DNA of 64,000 nucleotides from Trichoplax adhaerens. Taxonomy: Eukaryota; Animalia; Placozoa. Position numbers and translations under genes: made by a program. Shown one piece after another: positions 52,575 to 64,000 of the stretch (within the stretch, counting starts at the first letter, position 1; each line of letters opens with the position of its first letter). The notes below the pieces were generated by a model. It ran no database searches and was not told the DNA's origin. It saw nothing but the letters and a program-made list of their open reading frames with translations. The stretch is from NCBI RefSeq assembly GCF_000150275.1, contig NW_002060963.1, forward strand, positions 591,262 through 655,261, in the 5' to 3' direction.

Positions 52575-53440
52575 TCTAAAGCTTTGCCAAAGTAGCCTTT
52601 GACTAAACCTTTACTTTATTTCATCAATATCGTAACAAATTAGATGATTCTATAATCTTATTTACTGACTCAGACTAAACTTTTACACTATTTCATCCAT
52701 ATTCCAACGAATTAGGCGGCTCTATAATCTTATTTACAATTTTTGGCTCAGTTTTTACTCTATTTTATACATTTTGTAGCCAATTAGAATAATCATGTTT
52801 ACAAACTTTGACCAAACTTTTACACTATTTCATCCATATTTCAGCAAATTAGACGGTTCTATAATCTTATTTCCAAACTTTGACCCAATTTTTGTGCTAT
52901 TTTATCCATTTCGGAGCAAACTAGAATAATCTTATTTACAATCTTTGATCAAACTTTAACATTGTTTTATCCATATTTGAGAAAATTAGGTGATTCTATA
53001 ATCTTATTTACAAACTTTGACTAAACCTTCACCCTATTATATCTATTTTAAGGCAAATTTGATGACTCTTAAACCCTATTTTCAAACTTTGACTAAAGTT
53101 TTACACTACTTTATCCACTTCGTGGCAAATTAGACAATTTTATTACCTGATTTCCGAACTATGACTACAACTTTTACACTATTTCATCCCTATTTCTGTA
53201 ACTTAGGCAATTCTGTAATCAAATTTACAACCCCTGACTAAACTTTATACTATTTAATCCATTTTATAGCAAATTAGACGATTCTATAGCCTTATTTCCA
53301 ATCTATAACTAAACTTTTACGCTATTTCATCCCTATTACAACAAATTAGATGATCCTATAATCTTATTTGCTAACTTTATGATACGGTATTTCGTCAATA
53401 TTTCTGATAATTAGACGAATCTACAATTTTATTTGCGTTA
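52575..53440. repeat. Minisatellite, ~57-66-bp unit, about 13 copies
   Basis: Recurring aaactttgactaaacttttacactatttcatccatatt..gcaaattagacgattctataatcttatttac. Confidence 0.9.
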
Positions 53441-54649
53441 TTTCGACGCCGTTAGTGAAGTTTTCCATGTTGATTAAACAACCGATGCATTCTGCAATGA
53501 GAATGGACTAAAAATGGCAGCATTAAAGTTAGACCAATATTTATCGTTGCTTTGAATACTTTGTTGTGATGACAACATTAATAGCTGTCCTGTGGTGAAC
53601 GTTCCGGACTTTGATAAATCCAGTTACAGAAAAAAAGGAGATAGAATGCATTTAGTCAAGATTATTATTTTCAATGTATCAACTGATCACGACTATTTAG
53701 AGCCTTAAAAGGGTTATTTGTGTTTATTGTCTGGAAAGCCAATGTATCTTTTACTCTATTTCCCTCTTCAATTTTTTAGTGTCATTTTGATTGACTAATT
53801 AGTTCTACTTAGATGGATTCGAGAAATCTATTGAAAGAGTAGCCGAGCGCTATATCTGCACACAGTACTATCAATTATTTAATCGATGTATCCTATAAAA
53901 TACCTCTCATTGGTAAGCCGTAGGAAAGAAGAATAAAAAAATTCTCTATCTCTAAATACCATCATTCTTCACCCAATGTCATTTAAATCTTGAATCTCTG
54001 CTAAAGTAGTCGGAAGTATTTTATTTATTGAGACTTTAAAATCATAAAATTAATTCATGACAACTATGGAGCAAATTCAATGCTTTTAGTATGCGCAGGT
54101 ATAAAAATAAGACGAGGATTGGATAGGAGTAAATAGAACCTCTAGAAGAGATTTGAAATTATTCCCAATGCTCGCCGAAATGACTGGCGGACATGTAGTA
54201 AAATTTATATTTTCATGATAGGATAGCAACAGCTCCATCTCATCTTTACTACCATTAGTATATTTTAATTTCTGAAAGCACTTGTATCACGAAAGTATTT
54301 TCGTTACGTATACTTTATTTCTATGTTACGTTCTATATATATTTATATCTCAAAAATATTTTACGGTCTCCTTAAATGTAATTTTAGTGGTTAACAGTTG
54401 ATATCCTTAATTTAGGATTACATAGGCTAAAATAGTAATTGCCAACCAGCTAGACTGGATTATATCTATCACCTTTAAGGTTTAAAGTACAATTCCTAAG
54501 TTTAAAGGAAATATCTTAGTAGGATAGCTTTATATATATCTGTTAAACTATTAATAAGTATTAATTATTCTAATACTGTTACAGTAAATTTAATAGAATT
54601 AGACTGTATCGAATTTGTACAGATAGAATCTCTTTGGAGTATTAATTTG

Positions 54650-57250
54650 ATTAATTTCGAATAGACGTGGTGACTTGTTTAGCTAAACCGGTTTTAGGTC
54701 CGAAACCTATATAAACGGCGAGTTCGCCGACAATAAATTAGATTGCGATTTTCTAGTAAGTCTTGAAGGTCTCCCTGTGTTAAACCCTATCTGCCTTGGA
54801 ATACAAATTGTTTGGTATTCCAAATAACAATAGTAAAGGCTAGAAATCTCTCTCTCCATCCTTGTTGCAAGTTAGGGCTATTCCTAGCTCGTAACAACTT
54901 GCAGGGGGTTTATGAATTTATAAATGGTGTTTTACCCGAGAAGAAAATAACAACTTCATCGCATTTGTCCACCGAATCTCTAGTATAGCACAAATTGGCT
55001 TTTATACTTACAAAGAATATTTCTAAATTATAGTTACCCTTTACTTTTCTCTTTATTTTATCCAAAATGGCCAAAAAATATTCTTAATTAACTTATATTC
55101 TCATAAATGATTGATATATTATGATAGAGCTACTTTGCTAGCTCATTCTTCTGATTATAGATAGGATTACTAGACCTATTTTTACTCTTTGATGCTTGCA
55201 CTAAACTATTCCTTTCGTACCTATAGCAACTCAATTGCTATGAGCATACATTCAATCACGAATGGATTTCCAAGCGATTCATAAATTCATAAATGATATC
55301 CTACCCGGTGAAAAAATGATGGGTTCGTTTTAGCTCTTCCTTTCAGTCGGAACTCTAATATAGCCTACATTGGCCTTATTACTCACAATACAGTCATATT
55401 CACAATTATGTGATAGTCTCCATTGATATTTTTCTTCATTTTATAGAGAAATGGATAAATCATATCCTTGATTAATTAATTTATAGAGTCATAAATGATT
55501 CATACTCTAAAGACTGGGCTACTGCGTTATCTTGATTCTCTAATACCATATAGTATTTCTGAGCGTATTCATTTTATCCTTCATAAGGTTCTTTAACTAA
55601 CACGCTCCATTTGTATTGCATTAACACATTACAATTTAATTAGAATTATTCACTGGATGGCTATTAACTTATTAGAGTAAATGGATGACAATAACTCTCT
55701 TTTCTTTGCTCCTGAATCATCCTAAAATCTCTAATACACTCAAGAGTCTTGAAAACTATAGTATTGAAATAATTATTAGTTCTTCTTTGCGGCTAAAATG
55801 GTTATTGCTTTTTTATTTTTGTTCCATGTTTAAGAAAGTAAACTTGATCTATTAGATAAGTATTTCGATTGTGCTTTTATGACATTTACTCTTTCCTTCC
55901 TTCATTTCTGCTGGCAAGGCGGCATTGCTTTCTTATTGAGGATTGATAATTTGATATTCCAATAGGCATTTAGATGGATTACCTGCTAATTTAAATGAAA
56001 CGTTGACATTGGTCGATTTTGACTTTTAATCGTGATTATTATGATAATACCCAAAGTCTGTGCTCCATTACTTTTACATTTTAGCCATCAAGGTGAATAA
56101 CGTAATCTTAAACATGCAGACTATATTTGCTACTATGGGCTTAAAAATATACTATAGTGTGGTAGTTCTAGCCCTCCCAGTATCTAGCGAGACTCAAAAG
56201 CAATTCTTTGAGATTTTGTAATATTTTATAATCATCTAAGTAACTAATAACAACCTCTAACATTATTTACGTAGACATCAATGTTTTTCTTCAGGCATTC
56301 AAGGTTATGGACTTGATCGCTAATGTATATCACTGCGTGAGTTTAGGTGCGACCTTGCGTTACCTTGCAATTAATATAATATTTCTATTTCTAGTGAGAA
56401 TCAAAGTGAGTGCAATCTAGCAGTATCGGCACTTTCAATTACCAATGTCTTTAACGACAAGTTACTGGCTAGGGAGACTATTAATGCTTGATCAGCTCTA
56501 TCGAGAAACTAACAATGAGTATATCATGATTCCATGATTCGATTTAACATTTCGAATCTTAATGGCAATTGCAGGAATAATTAGCCTATCAAATCTTGCT
56601 ATAATCTTGATATGTTGTGAACGATATTCTTCTTGCTGATTTCTATTTTCTATAATCAAGAAATAAAATCTTATTCACAATTAAAAAATCATCTTATGCT
56701 CTATTTATACTAAGAAGTAGGGATAAAATTGCTATCATAACTGATAGAATTGATATGGTCATTATTACGAGAAAATTAACGGTCTTGTTTGTTTTACTTT
56801 AGCAGCTGCTAAAAAAATTAAAATTGGATTTCAATAATCAAATTACTCTCAATTTGTCCATTTGTTGTAATGCCATTCATTATAATATACAGATAAATAT
56901 GTATAGTATGCAAAAGCAGATTTATATGATAAGAATTAATGTAAAGGAAATCATTAATATTTTATCATGATTGTAATGAAATAATGATGGGCCAGTGACG
57001 TCAGAATTGGGAACGTTTTGTAATTTTTTTTTCTTCTCTATCACAAATATAATTATAAATGTTTTATTACATAAATCATCATGATAGCAATTACGCAGAT
57101 GGTATTCCATCATTTTATATAAATTATTGGAATTATCCTTTATCAACTATTTCTGTGAGAGAATAAGTTGGAAAAATTCACTCTAAAAAAATGACGGAGA
57201 GCATCCATTTAATATGAATAAGAAAATTCGTAATCGTAAGTAGAATAGTT
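54650..57250 (-). mobile_element. Decayed non-LTR retrotransposon, probably RLE-type (R2/NeSL/R4-like)
   Basis: Minus-strand remnants in order: LNGCSPSFF; IEKK..NVPN..HWPIIISLQS..KIL (RT WRPISL-like, ~57000); VAPKLT and LGGLELP (GGLGLP-like, ~56170); LINQG; LEFRLKGRAKTNP; LNVCS*QLSCYRYERNSL (zinc-knuckle/RHN-like, ~55230). Followed by a hairpin-rich 3' region. Confidence 0.5.
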
Positions 57251-59916
57251 TAATTGATCTTTATTAGAAGTATTTGCTTCTGAAGTAAGAAAATAACTCT
57301 TAGCCATCGTTTATGAGCATTGGGAAATATCTATAGTTAGGTATTCCTATTCCAACGATTTCTAAAAGTAAGATCTTTGATGCTGTTGTTAAAGGGCTCA
57401 AATAGTAGTCGAGATATCGATTTAGCAGTCGATTGCAATATACTACCCAATCTTTAATAGAATTATTTGCATATAAATAAAAAAATAACTTATGTCCATC
57501 ATTAATAGATGTTGAAAACACTTTTACAGCTTTCTTGTTGATGGACACTAGTAGTCATTTGGAGATGATTTTTCTTCATTTATTTTATTATTACAGTTTT
57601 TAAAAATGGGCCTATCGTTTGGTAGTGCAGCATAGGTCTTTCTCTAATATTAAAGCCAAAGATTTTTTTATACTGATTTTATTAATAAGATCAAACAACC
57701 GTACGCTGCAAAGAATTATTTTTTAATGTTAATAGAAGCCATAGAAGATGATTGTCCTCATTCAGTAGTTAAATTGGGTCTTTAGTTTAGTTAGTTTAAG
57801 TGGACCTTATGTATGATTTTGGAGAGAAAGTTCTGCAAGGAATGCAGACATTCAAATTTTTTTTGATTCTTTAGAGCTGTTAAGAATCGATTTCCTGACC
57901 ATTTGCTGTAACTGTTAAGTGCCAAGAACGGAACTGTATAATTCTTCACAATTTACTGCTTACAATTTGTGAATATTAATGCCAGACACAACGTAATTAA
58001 TTTTTTCTTTTGTTTTATTTTTAATGACAAATATAAGAAATATGAAATTCATTTGGTTATGCATAATTTGCCCTAAATTAATGTGTTGTATGAGAGCAGC
58101 GCAAGTAAACGGTAATAAAGTAAATTCAAAGGAAAGCAATTAGGTACCATATCGATTAACTAGTTCGAGGATAAAAATTATTGGTAACCACTCTCGACTA
58201 ACGATGACGGCAAATAAATAGACTGGATGAATGAATTGTTTCTATCATCAATACTGAATAAGCAAGATTAAATTTTATGACCATTAAATTTATCCATTTT
58301 ATAGAATACAACTGTAAAGGCATACACAAAAGTATAATGTTTGATTTAAAGCTTCTCTCTTCTATAATTCAGTTTGCAGCAGCTATAAACGCTAGCTATA
58401 GCAATATCACATAGGTTAAAAAGAATCTTTGCATTTGTATTACTCGCTATAACTATTGTACAACTAACATTGGTATCTCTTGATTTAGTTAGCAACAGCC
58501 ATTCTTCAAGCCAAGGAATCAATTTTTACTGATTGAAGAATATTCCGCCCTATCATTGGTGCTAAAATCTATAGTAAGCCATTGAGACTATGATTAAGTT
58601 ATTTTCATTATCAAAGATCGACATTATTTCAGCTTAATATTATCGATTACCTCGAAGGAAAATCAACTTAGAAGTAAAAGCATTGATATTTTAGACATCC
58701 AATTAATCATCTTGCGAGCGAAAACACTGTTACCACGTTGAAGTCTTCCAGCTAAATAAAAAAGCTCAAGCCTTTCGAACAGCCGATCCTTCGAAATCAA
58801 TAGATTTAACCAAAAATCTTGCCGTTATTATTATTCAATAGAAGATTTAATCTATGCTATTGAATAATTTCGATTACATTTCTTCTTTAGCTGTATTTTA
58901 GAAGCAAGAATTTGAGCATTACTAGTTCCATCCTTGGAAATAGTCCATGTCATAGAATTAATCAGTTTTTACTAAGTATCTTAACACTATTTCTATTCAA
59001 ATTTGAGAAACAATTAGATTCAATCAATAATTTCCTATATTCAATCGACGTAATACCTCTTCAGTCAGATTGATTTAAAATAATTTACTGGATTTTTTGT
59101 ATCTTTTACTCAAGATTGCATATCAATTATTCAAGCCATATTAATAACCACAGAAAGAATTTTTTCATCTTTCATTAATTATCATCATCAATCTTTTACT
59201 ATTGTATTATTTGTGTAGGCAAGCCTACTATCAAATAGACTACTCATAGCATCAAGGCAACTGTGATTATACGAGAGCATTAAGCCAGAGCAAGATTAAA
59301 GCAAGATCGAAAATCTCTTCTTCGCATCGAATTGAAACGAAAAAGATAGAGCTCTATTTATGTTTCTTCTTTGGCTCATGAATTTATCATACGACCTTCA
59401 ACTATAAGCAAAATTCAGGAGCTGTTTTTCCATCAACAATTCAATAGTTGAGCAAATTAAAGTGGAAAAGGCCATTTTAATGACAAGATCCGTATTCATT
59501 AAAGCTTTATAACCATTCTTTCTCTCTCGAGAAAAATAATTATATTTATTCTCCGTTCGAAAAAGGATTTAGATCAATTGCCTAGCAGTCATATATCCAA
59601 TTTTAGTTTGAAAAATCATTCAAGGCATTCAATTGGGTCTATATACGTATTAAATAAAGCCTTAAAGCCTTTAGAGACAATATTTCAATAGAGGAAACAA
59701 CATACACTCCAGTATTACGAAGAATTTCATTAATAATTTAGCAGCTATTTATCTTTACTGACAAGGAGCGAATTGAACTAGTTAATTACATTTTAGCCGT
59801 TAATTGATCAATATTTCGAGAGAATTATTATTTCTTCAACGGGCGTCATTCGAATAAACTAATATAGCCTTTCCTACAATATTCCAGCCATCTAGAACTC
59901 TTACTACAGCTACAAC

Positions 59917-60897
59917 ATGAGTGACAATAATCAAGTATCAGCTAGCAATATAGTCTGGATTATTATTGGAGCTCTGACATTAATAACCAATAGTGTAATC
60001 TTAGCTTTCCTCCTATCTCAACGCTCACTACGGAGACCACCTTACATCGCGTTATATAGTCTGTTAATTAATGATATTGCCTTTGCAGTGGCCTACGTCC
60101 TGCCATACTATTCCAACAGACCTTTACAACTTGAAATCCCTAATTGGTGTATCCTCCTGCCGCGTATTGGTCAATCGTTATTTCTGAATATGGCTTTGCA
60201 TATATGTTTCTTAGCTATGATACGTAGTATCCAAATTAATCGGCCATTTAGAGCGATTGAAATTGTTACAAGAAGGAACGTATTAAGTATCTGCACAATC
60301 CTATGGTTATGCTCACTATTGCTGGTATTTATATCAGCGATTAATGTTGATCGCCTACAAATAGAGCATAACCATACGCTAAACTGTAGCCAACAGTTTA
60401 TCATCACCAACGATATTGAGCTAACGTATAGCTTAATAATCTTGACGATTTCCTTGTTTGTATTGCTGTTCTTGTGTGCAGTTTATTACCGAATATTAGC
60501 GGTGATAGATTATCATATGAAAAAAACTGCGCTTAGATCATCCATGACGGACATAACTATCAAAGATAGGATTAGTAAATTTATAAATAAGCGTAAAGCA
60601 GTGCGGCAGGCTCTTTGTGTTTTTAGTTTATACCTTATATTTTTGGGGCCTTTCTTAATCACATTAGGTCTGTCTTATATTAAGCCGTTATACAATGCGG
60701 TCATGACAGTTTATCCGAGTTTTCGTTTCTTGGCCTTTTGCTATCCTATAGTTTTACCTTTTATCTATATTGCATTTGATAATGAAATTCGCAATGCTAT
60801 TTATAAGCGTGTCAGTCGAAAATCGGATAATCAAAATACTCCAACTACTGATCAGACTCTCAATGAGTGTAATTTAACCAATATTCTCTCTTATTAG
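59917..60897 (+). CDS. Rhodopsin-like (class A) orphan GPCR, intronless, 326 aa
   Basis: Seven hydrophobic segments. TM1 Asn (ITNSVI), RSLRRP then TM2 LLINDI, Cys at TM3 start and in ECL2, DRY position IRS..I.RPFR, TM4 W, TM6 KAVR..FLGP, TM7 LPFIY then F..EIRNAI helix 8. Confidence 0.9.
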   Translation: MSDNNQVSASNIVWIIIGALTLITNSVILAFLLSQRSLRRPPYIALYSLLINDIAFAVAYVLPYYSNRPLQLEIPNWCILLPRIGQSLFLNMALHICFLAMIRSIQINRPFRAIEIVTRRNVLSICTILWLCSLLLVFISAINVDRLQIEHNHTLNCSQQFIITNDIELTYSLIILTISLFVLLFLCAVYYRILAVIDYHMKKTALRSSMTDITIKDRISKFINKRKAVRQALCVFSLYLIFLGPFLITLGLSYIKPLYNAVMTVYPSFRFLAFCYPIVLPFIYIAFDNEIRNAIYKRVSRKSDNQNTPTTDQTLNECNLTNILSY

Positions 60898-62884
60898 CTT
60901 CTCTTTATATCCACTATTAGTCATACGTATCAAGGATAACCATATTATCCTATCTTCAATCATAACTACAATGGATGGTAGTATGAACCATTATTCATAT
61001 TTCGTAACTGCATTAAACTAATGCTGAACTATTATAATATTTGCTAGACTGTTAACCGACAAACTGCTACACTATTCTATCACCTCTACCGGCGGTTTGA
61101 TGTATGACTTAGTCAATACTAATTTTATATTTACTTATTCGATATTGTTAACTTATCGTACGATTTATTGTACACTATACTTACTTATCTATGCGGTGAA
61201 GAAGATATTAGTGATTACTCTCAGTATCATACAATCGTAAAATTCTTTGTAAATAACATCGATCAGTCTTTCGCTTCTGCAAAGACCAAAGTTGCTATAT
61301 TAGCGAGTAACGACTGATGCGAAACTAAATTTCGGTTGTATGGAAATGTGGTAATAACATCAGAATGAGGATTTAGATGATTCTAATTATGTACGTATTA
61401 CTGATACCTCGAATCTGAATATTACGAAATCTTTCATGAAATAATACTATACAAATTGACTATGTATACCTTCAATAAAATTTTTGCCTTATGCTGCATA
61501 AAGGGCTTTGTAGTGTACTATATTTAAATGCGAGGTATAATTTTGCAAACAACACTCGAAAGCAAAAGGTAAAATAGACGTTAATTAGGTTTTACGTAAA
61601 ATAAATTTATTGTTTTAAATTGGAATGCATATTAAATCGATATGTTCTGGTTAATGGCACTACAGAATCAATCAAATTGTTGTAAAAATCTACAGATACG
61701 TTTTAGTTGGATAATTTATTATTTGAATAATTGTTCCGAGATCTATCATTCAGGAATTTACGAGTACACGTACCATAATATAGTTAATTCTGCTAAAATT
61801 GCAGGCCAGATTATCTAAAATTGTAAAATATGCGTATAATCAAAAGCAGTCGCAAATCTCCTAGTGTACAACTTAGGAAGTTATAAATTACAAATTCCAT
61901 AATAAACTTAAGCTACTAACATTCGCCACTAAATGACTTATGATGATCATGATGCCTATCAACTCTGCAAACAAGCAAATCAATGACTGAACATATACAG
62001 GAAGCCACTACGAATAGTTAGTTTAATCTAATACTTTATTGTATAGCTGTAATCCAAGTTGCATATTGCCACGTAATTAATTAACTACCGATTACTTAAC
62101 TATGATCCTGCTACTATGAATTTACTTCCCCAAAATCACAAATCCTCTCCAGTATAGACAACCTCACTCGACTTAAGCAAAACAGTAAAGTTGCAACCCT
62201 TCTGGTAACTATCGATTCCATTCTAGGCTTAAAATAAAACAGTTACCTGTGAATAGCACGCTTACTAGGTGTACTGAAATTCTAAAGTTAGACCGCATAA
62301 GTTGGAATTTAGCAATGAGTGAGGATCATTCCACTACGTTTAAATTCTTCGTATTTCGTAGGACTCATTATTTCATTAATAGCTAATACTGAAGACTTGT
62401 AGATGGTTACCAGATAATTTATTAAATAGTACCATATTAAATGAAAGCAAATTAAAAACAAGAATTAAAATTAATGAATTTAAGCTGAAACTGAAACAGT
62501 ATCACTTAACCTATTCAATCAAGTGTAATACCGCTAATCACCAACACTTCAAAGCAACATTCGGATAAAGTAAAATATCACGCTAGGTATGAAGACATTA
62601 TCAGATACGAACATAGTATAGGAGAGGACATGACAGACAACAAAAATATCTTAAGAAAGATACCTTGACTCAATTAAATCAGACCGCAATTAAAAAGATA
62701 CTGAGAGCGAACTAACTTAGCTACTGCTACTATGGCTTTTACGGCCGGATAAACACATTTGTGACCAGCACTTGATTACGTACGTACAGGCGATAGAAAT
62801 TCTCATCAAGCTAATTAAACCATACTAAAAGTTAACATCAGCGGTAATCATTAATGTTGAGCAACTACACAAATAACAAACACG

Positions 62885-63155
62885 TTAAGGAGTAAAGCTA
62901 AGAGATTTTGATGCAGCTTGAACGTGGAAGACAACAATCGCAACTTGTTGCTCTACTTCACCCCAATTACCATTAGTTTGAGCCATGAAAAATGAATCGG
63001 TAATACCGGGAAATTTAGCTCCTCCATAAGTATTGAACATACTTGGAGCGAAAAGGATGTGTTTCTTAAGAGGTCGGCCTGGTAATCCAGCTGGATTAAT
63101 GAAAGTTTTGTCCAGTTGCATTAATCTATTATTGACGCGTCTCCTAAGCCAAGGT
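62885..63155 (-). CDS. Glutamate carboxypeptidase II/NAALADase-like (M28), last exon (TfR-like dimerisation domain)
   Basis: Acceptor tttgtag|. Reads PWLRRRVNNRLMQLDKTFINPAGLPGRPLKKHILFAPSMFNTYGGAKFPGITD...*. Confidence 0.92.
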
Positions 63156-63278
63156 CTACAAAATATACGCAATGTTTACATTGTTTAAGCTGAACGTTTT
63201 ACATTTTAAAAGTACTGAGAAATTAATTCGGTGAAATCAATACAGAAATCCATTATTGTATTTTACGTTTAAACTTAC

Positions 63279-63360
63279 TGGTCTTCCCTTATCGTCTTAA
63301 TAAAGTTAGAGAATGTATTAGCTGCAACGGTGAAATTATTGATTGCAGATCTCAAGTTAT
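63279..63360 (-). CDS. GCPII-like internal exon
   Basis: aatgtag| (D)NLRSAINNFTVAANTFSNFIKTIRED(Q) |gtaagt. Phases 1 and 2 fit the neighbouring exons. Confidence 0.85.
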
Positions 63361-63476
63361 CTACATTTAAAGACACGCAAAAAAGTGATTTCTACGGTTA
63401 TTAGATGGCAAAAACACCAAGTTGTATTTCGAAGCTAAATCACCATGGATATATAATGTCAATTATAAATTATTAC

Positions 63477-63732
63477 CTAGCTTGATGTTACGTGCGTTTA
63501 AGTTGGCTTCGTACGCACTAGCTAACTGGTTAAAATAAAGTGTTAAGGTTTTAGCATATTCAGTCACACTCATACGAAGGATTGGATCGTCAGCTTGAGC
63601 TAAAGCCAAATTGCAACAAACTCGGGCTCCAGCTAAATGGTATTTAAAGTCAGGATCGATAGTCTTCTTTAGGTAATCGTAAGTATCATAAATAGTATGA
63701 TAGGCTGGATAGGAAGAAACTGGGTAGTAACC
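63477..63732 (-). CDS. GCPII-like internal exon (peptidase domain, YHT motif)
   Basis: atgcag| GYYPVSSYPAYHTIYDTYDYLKKTIDPDFKYHLA...LADDPIL-like ... |gtaata. Confidence 0.92.
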
Positions 63733-63821
63733 CTGCATTTAAAGACGAAAAAGACAAGAAATAAAATTTTGATATAGCGAAGACAATATCTGAATGCAAT
63801 GTGATTATAACTTCGACTTAC

Positions 63822-63912
63822 GCTATCGAAGTCGTAGCTAAAATCTACAGATGACACTCCGATTCGTTGCATAAATGGTGCATAATCACTTCCAGCTCCC
63901 AAGCTTCCAACG
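63822..63912 (-). CDS. GCPII-like internal exon; gene continues beyond the window end
   Basis: ctaaag| VGSLGAGSDYAPFMQRIGVSSVDFSYDFDS |gtaagt. LGxGSD motif of M28B peptidases. Confidence 0.92.
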
Positions 63913-64000
63913 CTTTAGCATAAAGAGAAGTAGTTAGTTTCCATTCCTCATTTGTATACAATACCAAGCTATAAAGACTAGATCAATGATAGCATCCGAT

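Noticed and set aside
54780-54792. Telomerase-RNA template-like taaaccctatc
   Set aside because: Does not match the CTAACCCTAA template needed for TTAGGG, and the region is better explained as a retroelement 3' end.

Overview
This is AT-rich eukaryotic DNA with short GT-AG introns. The gene style (intronless divergent GPCR, compact introns) suggests an early-branching animal such as a placozoan, but that is inference only. The left ~37 kb is a same-strand tandem cluster of genes with uninterrupted coding regions, encoding an N-terminal F-box plus ankyrin repeats. It holds 3 intact genes, 1 copy split by a 4-nt insertion, and about 8 decayed fragments, a birth-and-death pattern. Embedded in the cluster is a small secreted prepropeptide gene (signal peptide plus acidic propiece) whose putative intron holds a 3.4-kb tandem array. 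Three copies of one solo-LTR family are present, two with 5-bp target-site duplications. The right part holds minisatellites, a probable decayed Roco/death-domain gene, a decayed non-LTR retrotransposon with a hairpin-rich 3' end, an intronless rhodopsin-like GPCR, and the last four exons of a glutamate carboxypeptidase II-like gene on the minus strand. Best candidate for a novel system: the diversifying F-box/ankyrin SCF-adaptor array within a possible innate-defence island. All alignments and translations outside the ORF track were done by eye.
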